Below, piece after piece: positions 27,062 through 42,992 of a stretch of DNA of 64,000 nt (position 1 is the stretch's first letter; every line of letters starts with the position of its first letter). Under the pieces are notes generated by a model. That model did no database searches, had not been told where the DNA came from, and was given only the letters and a program-made list of their open reading frames with translations. The position numbers and the translations under genes are program-made. The stretch comes from the human T2T-CHM13v2.0 reference genome, Homo sapiens: NCBI RefSeq assembly GCF_009914755.1, contig NC_060933.1; one strand, given 5' to 3'.

Positions 27062-29134
27062 TTAATTTCCCTTTTTTTTTCTTAACAGTAAAATGGGTAT
27101 AACAGTCATACCTACTTCATGGAGACTTTGTCAGGTTTAAATCAGATAGTGCAGAGCCTAGCATATCCTAAGAGTTCAAATATAGCTACAGGTAGGTTCA
27201 GAAATTAGAAAAGCAATTGTTCAAATACCGGGGGAACAACAAACATCTTATAATTAAAAGGCTCAACTGGGTATATTTCCAGAGACAGCTGAGCTGCTAT
27301 CAAGTTATTTTAAAGGTATTTTATGCTAAGTACATAGTTCACAGTAGAGATAGACACGTCTACTCATGCTAATTTCTATGCAGTGGGGCAGGGGAGAGGA
27401 ATTAAGAGTTAAAGCAATGGAAAGGAGTGTGCTTCTGGGCCTGAGAAATCCCAGGTGGGAGGTGACTCTGGAAGTCAAGGCCATCATTGCTCTCTCCTAC
27501 CTGAATCAAAGGAATGAGTAAATTGGAGACAAATTGATAGAGTTCCAAGTAATGAACCCGAAAGAGTTTCATTGCTTTATATTCCATTACGAGGAGAGTG
27601 TAGGGTTGAGTATGCTGACCTGCAGTGAAACTGTGTTTTATTTTTTCCAACAGAGGCCCCATTTCAACACAGGCAACATTTCCTTTTTTCTGAGGCTGCT
27701 TTGGGGAAAGCAGAAGGGAAAACAAGCAGGCAGATTGGACGTTACTGAGCTGAAATCATCTGGGCTCAGAAGCATCTTGTGAGATAGCAGACGGACTCTA
27801 TGAGCCCTTGTGTCCAACTTTGGCACAGGGGGCTTAGGGGGTCCCACTCTTTGGGAAATGACTTTGGTCCACACTAATGTGCTCTATTAAAGGAGCTCCA
27901 GGAATCCTTTGAATAGGATTCTAGCAGTTTCTAGCAGTTGCTGGTCCTATCGGAAGTATCGTAACACTAAAATGCAGCTCCCCTAGCCACTGCATTTAGG
28001 GTAAGAGTACCACATGTAGCAACCAGGGGCATCTTGTTCAAAGCCTCCTGTTCCAAATTTAACTTGTGTTTTTGGTGAACTTGGTTGTGGGTGGAGTTGA
28101 CACCTGCCAAGAAGGTCCCAGGTTGATCCTATTAATAGGCATGACTGTAGCTAAGGAAGTTACAGTGCTAAGTTGCACTTGGTTGAACTATAGCTTTGAA
28201 TGTGATGATCCTCCTCGCCTGAATGAAAAGAAAAGAGAACCACCTGCAATTAGATTCTACAGAAGCATGTGCTGAAATACATACAGGAAACTTTGCAGGC
28301 TCAACAATGACAAGCTGAAAGTATTAGGAAGATGATAAGGTACACATCCTAATAATAGTATAGTGAACATTTCCTGCCTCCTTACTCTGTGCCAGGTAGT
28401 ATACTCAAGACCATAGCTGTATTATGTCACAGTCCTTGCATCACTCTGTGTGGTATTTACTAAGGTCTTCCTTTCATAGTTGAGGTACCTGAAGCACTGA
28501 GGGGTCAGATGCCTGCCTAGGTCACACAACCAGAAAGTGCAGAGGCAGGACGTGAACACAGACCAGGTTCCAATGTCTCCACTCTTTCTATCAAACTGCC
28601 ACTCTTAGTCTCTAATGTAAGCTTCATTGAACCAACACACAAAGCACCTGCTGGGTGTGGGGCAATGTATAAAATCCCTGGGGGCACAGAAAAGAAGTAT
28701 AAACTTGATTGTGCTTGCAATATATTTCCAAAAAACCAATGAACTATTTGTGTGGTAAGTAATTGGATTAGAATAAGGGTCATCTCCCAAAGAAAATAGA
28801 AATCCTTCCCAGGGTGGAGACCACATCTGTTTTCCTATCCAGAGAGCTTTGCTCAAAGGCCTATACCTCCCAGGCTCTGGACAAACATCTCTTGATGCTG
28901 ACGGGAGGGACATGGTGTCATAGAACAAATCAGGTCTTACGGCTGAAGGTCCTGAGTACTGGTCCCAGCACTACCCCAAATTTGTCCAGTGCCTTTGGCA
29001 AGTTAACTTACCTCTCTAGGGGTCAATTTCCATGTCTACAGAAAAGAAATAATAAAAATAAAAGTTAATGTATGCCCTAGCCTACCTCACAAAGTTTAGT
29101 GGCGATGAAATGCAGTAACTATACAAACATGCTA

Positions 29135-29448
<314 letters not shown>

Positions 29449-29869
29449 AATGTGCTATGCAACACTATAAGGAATTTCTTTATGAGCTTTATTCCTTGAG
29501 AGTGCTGCAGAAAATCACCGGAGTGGATATCCCTGAGAGCTAAGCGCTTGGGTATGACTTCATGAATGAGGGGGACAACTGAAGCTATAGAGTCTTGTGG
29601 ATTCTAGAATCCTTAAACTGGCCAATTCTCATTTTATGTTTGAAAGCCTGGAGTGGGATGTGAAGGATGTGATACAGAGTTGTCTCCAGCTTTGGGTTCC
29701 AGGATCTCCTTGTTTGGTGAAAGGAGCCTTGACATTTTTCCTTCCTGTAAACTTTGCCATCTTCCTTCTCTGCTTGGCAATTCATGCCTAACAAGTGACA
29801 TTTCCTAGGGGCAAGATAGCATAACTGTCAAGAATAGGGAATTCCTATTATTAATTTTTTTGGTTTACT

Positions 29870-30552
29870 TGTAACCACCCAGTGGGTTCACCTTGCCTGC
29901 TGCCTAGACAAAGCCAATTTATCAAGGCAGGGGAATTGCAATACAGAAAGAGTAATTCACGCACAGATGGCTGTGCGGTAGATGGGAGTTTTATTATTAC
30001 TCAAATCGGTCTCCCTGAGCATTCTGGGATCAGAGTTTTTAAGGACAACTTGGTGGGTAGGGGGAGGCCTGTGAGCCAGGAGTGCTGATTGGTCAGAGAT
30101 GAAAGCAAGGGAGTCAAAGCTGTCTTCTTGTACTGAGTCGGTTCCTGGGTGGGGGCCACAAGATCAGATGAGCCAGTTTATCGATCTGGGTGGTGCCAGA
30201 TGATCCATTAAGTGCAGGGGCTGCAAAATATCTCAAGCACTAATCTTAGGAGAAGTTTAGGGAGGGTCAGAATTTTATAGCCTCCAGCTGCATGACTTCT
30301 AAATCATAATTTTTAACCTTGTGGCTAATTTCTCAGTCCTACAAAGGCAGTCTAGTCCCCAGGCAAAAAGGAGGTTTGTTTTGGGAAAGGGCTGTCATCA
30401 TCTTTGTTTTAAACTATAAACTGTTTCTCCCAAAGTTAGTTCGGCCTATGCCCAGGAATGAACAAGGACAGCTTGGAGGTTAGAAGCGAGATGGAGTTGG
30501 TTAGGTCAGATCTCTTTCACCGTCTCAGTTACAATTTTGCAATGGCTGTTCA
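29870..30552 (-). mobile_element. LTR8-family solo LTR (ERV1)
   Basis: Starts tgtaaccacccagtgggttcaccttgcc and ends 'acaattttgcaatggctgttca', the reverse complement of LTR8 termini. Confidence 0.88.
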
Positions 30553-31619
30553 ATCATTCTAAATCTCAGTTTCCTCAGCAGAAAATAAAGAGATGATAAT
30601 AGTACCAACCTTATAGGATTACTGTAAATTCTATAAGGTAATTATAGAATTCTATAAGGTAATTATAGAGAGGTAATTCCTATAAGGAGCTTAGCCCAAT
30701 GGCTGGAAAATATATGTAGGCCATTGTTAATATGCATATATAGTTATAATTACGGTGTAGTTCTGTTTTTCTTCTACCAACCCTATCTTCAAATATACTT
30801 GCTGTCAGTTAAAGTTCAATATCTTATAAAGAGATTTTAAGGCTTGGGAAAGATTAGTGAAATCAAGAAACTGGGAGTTGCTAAAAAGTTAGTTATAAGG
30901 CAAGAAGCCAGAAACATCACCCTCCCTGGATTCAGGCTGTTCCCCAATAATCTAAAGTGAGAAACATAAATAGGGCAAAGATAATCTACTTCATAAGATT
31001 ATGAATAAATGACATGCAAGGATTTTTTTTATTCTATAGCTCCTGTCACAGCATTGAGAAAGCAAACTTTTCATGAGGCAGTCACTGTCATTTGCTCTTT
31101 ATTGCCTTAAATTTCCAGGCCGTGGAACCCCAAAGTCAACCCCCAAGCATCCCCAGAAGAAAAGTACACTTTGAATAATTACAGTCCTTTAACTTTCCTG
31201 ATTCAACCTTCAAAGGCCACGAATTGCTTCTAACGAAGAAGCTGAAGTGAAAGAAGAAGGAACGTCAACAAAAATGTCTGTTTGTGTTATCTCTTTACTT
31301 TCACGGTTTATAGGTTTGGGGGAAAGTTTTTATTTTCGGTGGAATAGAAGAAGGGAAGAAGAGAGACTAAAAAGCATTTCTTAGATTTCCAGAAGCAGTA
31401 ATGGAAAATCCCGACCCTAGAGTCTTGCTTTCTTCCTAGAAATAGAATGCTCCTGAAGTTCCCAGGAGAGCCCTTGGCAGACAGATGTCAATCATTCCAT
31501 CCCTTGTTTTGCTGGGTGGAGTCACTGGAGCTTAAAGAAGGGGAAGTAAACTCAAGCACACATCCTGGTGACCTCTAGCCACGGGTCAAATTTCACTGAT
31601 GTCAATTAAAAATGACCAA

Positions 31620-31880
31620 AGACCCGCCCCTGTGAAAACCCTGTGGGCAGCCATTTTGTCTCAGGGAAACTGCCCAGATCTGATGTAAAGTATTTCCGGA
31701 CGTCTCTTCGTTGTATATGGCATTTCCCTGAAATAAGCAACTCTCTGAAAAATATCATAGCGCAGATCAAAATGAAGTACTCTGTGGTGAAGTAGAAGTA
31801 CACAGTCAACAAAGAAACTTGCCCTCAGGCTGCACAGTAAAACGTTGGAAATCCCAGAGCAGCAACTTGGAAATCCCACC
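31620..31880. promoter_or_regulatory. Candidate enhancer in unique sequence
   Basis: GC box 31623, YY1-type CAGCCATTTTG 31648-31658, ETS-like TTTCCGG about 31693, twin TTGGAAATCCCA at 31845 and 31867. Confidence 0.35.
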
Positions 31881-32247
31881 TGCTACATATTTGCCTGAGT
31901 ACTTTAAGGTTCTATGGACAATTGTCTCTCTGCGTAGATTAACCTTAAATAAACTTGTTGCGTTTTGAGGTGGTATTTCTTGTTTCATTTCTCTTGCTTT
32001 TCTCCCCTATTTTATAATAAGTTTCATTCACACTGTGATACTTTAAGAAGAGATAACCTTCTACTAAGGGATGTTGCTGTGATAACCTCCAAGCCACAAA
32101 CACAGGTTTTAATCTTACCTCAGGGAAGTCCTGCCTCCCTTGCAGACTAGTTTATGTCTGAGTGGATTTGCCTATCAGCGTCTTTTCTGATGAGGCATGT
32201 AGCCCAGCACGGCAGCAAAGAATCCTGCAGTAGGCAGATAAAGCTTT

Positions 32248-32501
32248 CTAAAAATGTTTTAATTTTACTTTAAATTGACAAATAATAATTGTATATACTT
32301 ATGTGGTACAATGTGATGTTTCAATACATGCATACATTGTGGAATGATCAAATCAGGCTAATTAACCATACACATTACCTTACATACTCATTTTTTTGTG
32401 ATGAGAACATTTAAAATCTAGTCTTTCAGCAATTTTGAAATATACAATCCATTATTGTTCTAGTCACTACACTGTGCAATAGATCACCAGAACTTATGCC
32501 T
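32248..32501 (-). mobile_element. 5'-truncated L1MA 3' end inserted in a MIR
   Basis: L1MA 3' UTR phrases; 13-bp TSD cagataaagcttt at 32235-32247 and 32502-32514. Confidence 0.88.
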
Positions 32502-34129
32502 CAGATAAAGCTTTGAATCCTGTGAATCCTGTTACCACAGAATAGCAAGTGACCTCAGACCAGTTACTTAACCCCTCTAAAGCTCAATTTCCTCATCTCT
32601 ACTATTGAGACTATAATAGCATCTACTTCACAGGGATGTTGGAAGGATTACGTGCTCTCAAGAAGGCTTAGTAAATCCTAACTCCTACTACATTATTTTA
32701 TTGAGGTCTCATCGAATTAGATACCCGAGAGAGAGAAAATGAAAGGGAAGTGCTTAACATTTGTGACAACCTTAACGTGATCTGCACATTTCCTAAAAAT
32801 TATACACTTGTATGACTTCATTTCCCCCAAGATAGTATATTAGTACTTTGGAAAGTGTGAGATGAAAAATTGTTATCCTGAACTGCAATATCCTACTTTC
32901 TGACTTCAAATCCTTATCTCTCCTGCACTTCTCACTATACCATCGCTTAGACCTCATTAGGGTCACCTCACGGCCTGTGCTTATCCTCCCACCTTTCCCA
33001 TATCCTCCCACCTTTCCAGAAACTTTCCATGTATCAGTTACCCCTTCTCTCCTCTCAGCTGGGTCCTTCCCACAAGTAATGAAGCCCTAGGTCACTCTAG
33101 GCCTTTCCATATTACAAAATAATATGGAAAGGGCCATGTTTTCCCTCTTGCCACTTCTGTATCTCTCTCTTTTCCTTCAGAGCCAGTCTTTTAACAAATT
33201 ATGTACTCACTGCTGCCATTTTTTCAAATCTGCCTCACTCTTTAGCACATTACAATCTGGTTTCTAGCCCAAATATTCCACCAAGTCGCCCTCACAAAGA
33301 TCTCTAGTGGTCTCCATGTTGCTAAATCCAAAAAACTTTTTCAGTCTTTATCTCATTGACCCTCTTGCTGACAATGGGCACAATCCCTCTTGCTTGGACT
33401 TTGTTGCCTCTGATACTACATCTTGGTTTTCCTTCCAAGTCTCTGACTGCTCCTGTTTTGTCTCCATTTCTGCCTCTTTCTCCTCTACCTTCCATTAAAT
33501 ATTGAAGTTCCCCAAGTCTCAGTCCTAGACCCTCTTCTCACTTTGTATACTCCACTCTATCCTGACAATCATTATCAATCATGATTTCAGTTATGTGATA
33601 CCAGCTTACATCTCCAGCCCAGACCACACCTCCATGTTCCAGACCCAGAAGCCCGATTATTTGTTTACCACATCTCCATTTGGAAGGCATTCCTCTTCAA
33701 TTTGCTTAAGACCAAGTTCATGATCTTCCTCAGCAAAACTGCTCCTTTTCCTTTGTTCTCTGTCTCAATGATTGATACCATTATCCATCCAGCATATATC
33801 ATTCTTGATGCCCTCTTCTCCCTCACTCACCATACTTAATTCATCACTAGGACCTATCTCTTTCATTTCTTAAATGTCTCTCAAAACAATCTTGATTCCA
33901 ATATTTCCATAGTCATCACCATAGGATAGTCACTGTAGCATCAATCTAAGCTGCCATCATCTCTTTATTCTCCTGAGTTTTCTCTCCATTCACTCTGCTT
34001 TCCCAGCCCCAATTCCTTTCTCCACATTGCAGCCAGTCCCACCATGTCCTTCCTTAAAACTTGCCAATAACTTCCTATGGATCACAGGAAAATGATCAAA
34101 ATTTTTAACACTGTGTTGCAAAGACAGCC

Positions 34130-35074
<945 letters not shown>

Positions 35075-35454
35075 TAAATTTTCCTCTCCAACCCCTCATC
35101 CTCCAGCCTGACCTAACTTACCTCTACTCATCTTTCAGATTTCAGTTAGAGCAGGACTTTCTTAGGGAAGTCCTCCTGAGCCTCCCTCTTTTCCTCTTCA
35201 CTCCCGTTTCCACCAATCTAGAATAGGTTCCTTTGTTCTGTGCTGTCATGGAACTATATTCTTTTGCTTCAGAATATTTTCCTTAGGTTTAGAAATTAGA
35301 TATTTATTGATGTCATTATTTGATAAATATCTGCCTCCTTTATTAGATTTAAGCTTTATGAAAGCAAGGGCCATGTCTGTTTTTGTTCAACATTCTATTC
35401 CCAGCACTTCGCACAGTCCTTGGTATATATCCTATGCCCACTAAATAATAGTCA

Positions 35455-35770
<316 letters not shown>

Positions 35771-36265
35771 AAATAGTCAAATGAGTGAATAGGGACCTCA
35801 AGTCCCTTTTTTCATAACCTATATCAGGCCCTTTCATTCTCTCTTGCCTCACCCACTCTCCTACCAAAACTCCATAACTTTACACTAATGTTTGCATAAC
35901 GTTTTATGGCTTAAAAACAACTTTATATAAATTATCCCATTTTCATATCTACAACAACTATATAAGGTATGTAAATAGTGACAAATCTTTTTCAAACAAG
36001 GATTTCAACATAAAATCAGTCCCTTGTAATCTGTTTAAGTAGTCACCAGAGTTTTTGACCTCATTCTCTCTCATTTAAATCTTGAGCCTCACTAGCAAAT
36101 TACAGTTTTGAGAATTATCCAACTGATCCATAGCCATCCAAAATACATATTCCAACAAGCAATAAGGAAAGACCAGCTAGGAAAGAAATTCAACATCACC
36201 ATTGCTTTGCCCCTCAGATATTGTATTCTGTATTCAATTTGATTCTCCTGACCTTAATCCCTTAG

Positions 36266-36460
36266 CAAAGTGGTTCTGAAATTTAAGCATGCATCAGAAT
36301 CACCTGGAAGTCTTGTTAAAGCACAGATTGCTGGTCTCTGATTCAGGAGGCCTAGAGTTTCTGATTCAGAAGGTCTGGGATAGGGTCAAAGGATTTGCAT
36401 TTCTAACAAGATCCCAGGTGATGTCAATGCTGTTGGTTCAGGCACACTTTGAGAACCTCT
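36266..36460. mobile_element. MER5A-like (hAT-Charlie)
   Basis: 'gcatcagaatcacctgg', 'tttgcatttctaacaag', 'cacactttgagaac'. Confidence 0.85.
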
Positions 36461-37247
36461 GTTTTATTGGCTCCTCAAGAAAAGAGAATCTGTTTCTTTA
36501 AGAACCTAGCAGTGGATAAATTTGCTGTTTGGCATTTTTAACAGCAGCCTGCAGAGCATGTCAACAAGGGTATAATTTCCAGCTTACCAAGGGCAACACA
36601 GTAGAGTTGTGACTATCCTGAGAGCCACTGAGCCACTGCATATTACCCTATGGGTAATGAGGAAGAGAAGTCATCTAACCTTAGTGGGTAAGCCCTGGTT
36701 GTTGTGTGGCCTGCCCAGACCTCTGAACCTGCCCATCTCTCAAGACTATGGATGATAGCAGCAGCTGTGTGTGCTGATGGGTAGCCTGCATTTCAGTTTC
36801 TGTCTCAGCAGCTCAAATAGCTCAGCCCAAAAAGCACTAGTCCTCGAAATACAAAGAGCATGAAGAAAGCAGGATGGCATCTCCAGCTCCACTTTATCCC
36901 TACTGATGATTTGGAAGGTGAGATGATTTCTTCTGTGATCGTAGCCATCCACCCTCCTGTGAAACCCTTTCCAATCATAAAATCTGCGTATCTCCCAGCT
37001 GTGTCCCACCAAGATGCTTGTGTTGTTTTACCTTTTCATCCTCATTTTCTTCCTAAAATGGCTTGGGGAAATTGTTTTATTCCTAAAATATGATTGTGCC
37101 TGTTTTCATAATTGATTTTGAAATCTGTTTTGGATGTAAGGTTAAGGGCCAAAATAAAGACTGGTAAGGTTTAACTATCATTTCATCCATTCAACAAATC
37201 TTTAGGATAGATAATAGAGAGACACAAAGAAAGAAAAATGTCCTCAT

Positions 37248-37552
<305 letters not shown>

Positions 37553-38189
37553 GAAAAATGTCCTCATCATTCTTGTTAAGGAAATTTTCTGAAGCCTCAC
37601 TCTCCTCACCTAAAAACTGAAGGTAATTATAATAACCCCTATCTTTTGCAGTTACTGTTGTAGTTAAAGAAGGTAAAACTATTAAGTTTTTAGCAGAGTA
37701 TCCAGTGCATTGTAAATACTCGATACAAGCTGGTTGTTACTAAATTAGGTAGAAAGATGATAATACTGGTGTTTCAATAGATAGGCAAAAAGTATTGTTT
37801 TATCACAGTTTTGAATAAGGAAGTTCTTACAGAGGAAAGTGTAAAATTTTATTACATTTCCCATTGCCAACATTACTATCCAAATATTTACTTACATTAA
37901 TCACAGGCCTCTGCTTAAGGTGAATTGCGTATTGCCTATAAGCTAGTATAAGGTGTATTTTTACAGTAATTCTATCTACCACATGTATGATGACCACTGC
38001 TACTAAGTAATAATAACTACAATATTCCTCCAGCCCTTGCCATGTACTATGCTCTATTCCTAAATGCTTTACAAGTATGATCTCATTTAACCCTCAAGAC
38101 CACTCTAGGAAATAAACACTACTTTTCATGGTCCTTTTACATATGAGGAAACAGATACCCAGAGAGTTTAAATGACAAGGAAAACTTCA

Positions 38190-38513
<324 letters not shown>

Positions 38514-41500
38514 TTACTACAAACATGTGGGTATACTTTTCAGATATGTGCATGTGAATCTGTCGGGGGAAAATTATCAGGCATGTAAGTGTTTCTAGGT
38601 CTTACACCAAAGAGGATGCTGGCCCCACTGCCCCATTTCTTCTCCTTTCCCCATCTAAGGAAGGTCCCAGTTTGCCAGATGGTCTACCATGTTGGACTTT
38701 TATGCTGCAAAATTATTAAGAAAGATGGAGGGATGAGAACTGAAGCTACCATGATAATCCCTCTTGCCTCTGATGGTTGCTATTATGGAGTGAGAAGTGT
38801 ATCCCCATTGTAGTAGGATTCTTATCTACAAAATGGGAGCTACACTATTTGAATTTCATGTGAGGCCCTCAGTACACTTTATCTGTGTTGATCCCATTAT
38901 GCCACAGCTTTCTCTTTACCTCACTGTCTCCATTTGTGAAATATGATTAAGAATGTGGCGTACCCCACAGGACTGTTGTGAGGAATGACTCATGGTTATG
39001 AAGGAGTTTGTACAATGCAACATTCTATTTAGGGCTTCAGTATGTTTTTTATGGTTTTCAAGGACTAATTTTCAAAGCAATATGACAAAGTAGATAGAAA
39101 CCTTTTCAGAAATGTTGGAGAAAGTGATTACTAATGTTAGTCAATAGTCATCATTTCATCACCTAAAAATAGATGCAACTTTGACCTTTGGTCATGCAGC
39201 AAATATAATATTTAAGAACCTGAAGAAAAGGAGAGAAACTTGGGTTAGGGCTGTGGGAGGGGTTTGGGGAGTGATGAAAAAAGAAATATGGGGGTTGATG
39301 CAATGTATATTGAAAGTGAGTGAAAGATAAAGGAGGAACTCTGAGAGGTACGTATTCGTATGTGTTCTCAATAAATATCTTCAGTTCTTCAATGACTTTT
39401 TGGATACCTAATTGGGTTTCTTTGATAGACAGACTGCTTTGAAACTGGACCATATAGATGGACAACTTTTAAACATTACAGGTGCATATTTAAAACACTA
39501 TAACTTTATCAAAATTCTTCCAATCATATATGCTTATTTGCAATATAATATGCTGGTGACAACAAAATTTGTAAAACTTCATTCTGTGATGTTTCTTACA
39601 TTACTCAGGGGTCAGAACACCTAGAAATTATAATTTCCTTTACACAAGGCCATGGACTATTGATATATCTAATTCTCTCAGAGAATAATCTTAACAAAGT
39701 TGTGAGGTTGGAGAGAGATTAGTGGATTTGAAAACAGGAAACTATCTTGAAGAGATGGAAACACTCAGGGTCATAGACAGGTTTACTTCTGGAAACAAAG
39801 ACCTATTACAAAAACTCTGTGCACATCTCTGCATCTTCACAGAAAAGTGTACATACAATATCCTTAACAAATCAAGTTTATGAATTTTTCTGTTACTATA
39901 AGTTTCCTACTAATTCATTCATTTTTAAACAGACCACAAGCAATTGTGGGTACACAAATATTAAGACAACATTATGGGGACATTTTTTTATAACTGAGAA
40001 AATTGTTATTCATTAGCTAAAAGTTTTCTAAAAATTGGGGATAAGCTGCCACTATATTATATTAGTGGTAGAACATTGTGGTTCTGATCATTGAAACTGG
40101 CCTGCTGTGATAACAAAATCAGAATCACTGTACTAAAAACAAAGGTAGTTACAAAGAGATCAATTTGGGAGCTGTGTCTGCTAAAGTGGGCTATCGATGT
40201 GCCATTAATCATATAAATGTTTTGAGAGGGTCCATCTGATTGTGGAATGTAATTAACCAACATTTTCACTCTGAAGAATCCCTTTAATTATTTTCCCCAC
40301 AGGAATCAGCATGTTTTTGATGCTATCAACTGTCAATCAGAATGTCTGAGCCACTTGCTAAACCAATATTTTTCTCATGAAAAGCTTAGTGTTTTGACTA
40401 GCCCATATAGACTACAATGAGTTTAGATTAAGTTTTTGGAAAAGATGAAAACATAGACTGGATTTCTGCATCTGGTGATACGCCAAATTACATGGCCTAA
40501 AAACCCTTTTGGTACAGAGCACATAGAAATTTCAGATACAAAAACATCCTTTTAGATGGATAGTGCTTGCAAAGAAGTAAATAAAAATAAGCAAGGAAAA
40601 TTTCAATGGCCAAAAATGAAGAGGGAATTGACAACTAGAGTTATAAGTAAATCAGTTGACCTCATGGAAACTTGGTGGGGGAGGGTCTCAGTCATTTACA
40701 GTCTTGTGTTTCAACAACCTGAAACCCCTGCAAAACAAAGAGTTGAAAATGAAATCACCGCACGCAACCAAGACACTGGAAAGGGTGTAAATTTTTCCAT
40801 CCGCACAGGGCAACAATATGGAAACTTCTTGGTTTCAATCTAGGTATTGGTGTGGGGGAAATATCTCCTCTAAGAATTTGTGACCACAGGAATGTCCTCA
40901 CATAGGTTTGGGTGTTAAGTTTACACAGTTCATATGACTTAAGAAGTCCCAAGCTGAGAAATAAAAATCAAAGTGGTTCTGGTGGGTCATACCCCGTCCT
41001 GACAGGTAGGTCGCTGGAGAGACACAGCAGGATGAGATCACCGGGGTTTCCAATGGTCAAACTATCTGTTAGAGACCATAAATAAACTTTCAAAATGAGT
41101 AAGACTTAAAGGAAAGAATGAAAATATGTGAAAAGAACAACTATGAAAACTGAACAGGCTGAATTGGAAATTAACTAAAAGGACTTCTAAAAATTTAAAT
41201 GTAATCTATAAAATTAAAAACCTGGGAAAATGGTAAGTACAAGTAAAATGCAACTGAAAAAAACATGAACCAACTGGAATATAGATCCTAGACACTACTT
41301 AGAATGTAGCACTGAGAAATAAAGAGATTAAAAATATTAAAATGAGGATAAAAAACAGTGTTTAAAGAATGAAAAGGTCTAACATACATTTAATAGGACT
41401 TTCAGAAGGACAGAATAGAGAGTAGGAAGATGCAGTATTCAAAGCAGGACACTTAGACACATCATAGTATAAGTGCAGAATACCAAAGGCAAAGATAAAG

Positions 41501-42537
41501 AAACCAGAGAAACTCTGTCACTGAAAATACTGAGAAACAATAACTACACTTTATCTCAATAAGTGCCACTTTTTTAAATGCAAAATATCACTTTGCACTG
41601 AAATAAGATATACAAGGCTAATTCCAGATCTGTTCAGAAAATATCTAAAATGAATCTGGGATATTTTGTCATATGAGCAGCAAGGAACTATCAAAGACGA
41701 TGAAGTCATATCAAAATGACGTGGAAGCCATCCTGAAAAACTCCCGTTGGCCAAAGATGGGACAATTTGAACACAAATAAGAATAATAACTGACATGGGT
41801 TAAAATAGATCAAATGCGTAAAACCCATGACTTCATACTGATACTGCACAGAGCCTGTGTGATCACAGTGGAGGATGCCAGGGTATGATGATAGACATAT
41901 AGAGCAACTATATTGTTTTGAGATCTGGTATAAAAAAAGAAAAATAATGCATAATTTATCCTAACATTACTGTATGAACTGCAACTCAGAGTAAACAAAA
42001 ATATTTGCGAAATAACTTATACAAGTGTTTAGCTAATAGCTGAAGAAGGAATGATAGAATGTCATCATTTTACATGCCTTAGGAAATAATGGACCTAGAC
42101 AATGGTCATCCATAGCTGCTAATGTGACAAAAAGAGAGACAATCAGACATTATATACTTCCTTATATCAACACACATCACCAGCTGTGGAGGAGTCTTGC
42201 AAAACACAAAACAAAATGAAATATAAACTGAAGGCTCTAGATTAACTATTGGCTTACAGGAAATAAAAAGGCAAGGGAAAAGAGTTAATATCACAGGGAT
42301 ACAACCAGCAAAATCCAGATTGTGGGGAATTTAAAAGAATGAATCAGATTCTTCAACAAAAAGTTTTAAGGAAAAAAATGTGGAAGAGGAATTTATAGAT
42401 CGAAAGAAATTTAGAAGAACTATGAACTAATTGCAATGAATAGATTGTATTTGGTTCCTAATTCAAAGTGTTAAAAACATACAATACAATCAGATGTAAA
42501 CACAAGATATTTAACAATATTAAGGTATTATTATTAA

Positions 42538-42992
<455 letters not shown>

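Noticed and set aside
29597-29791. ORF with hydrophobic C-terminus (possible TM/GPI exon)
   Set aside because: Only a weak acceptor and no phase link to the other candidates; T-rich DNA readily gives hydrophobic translations
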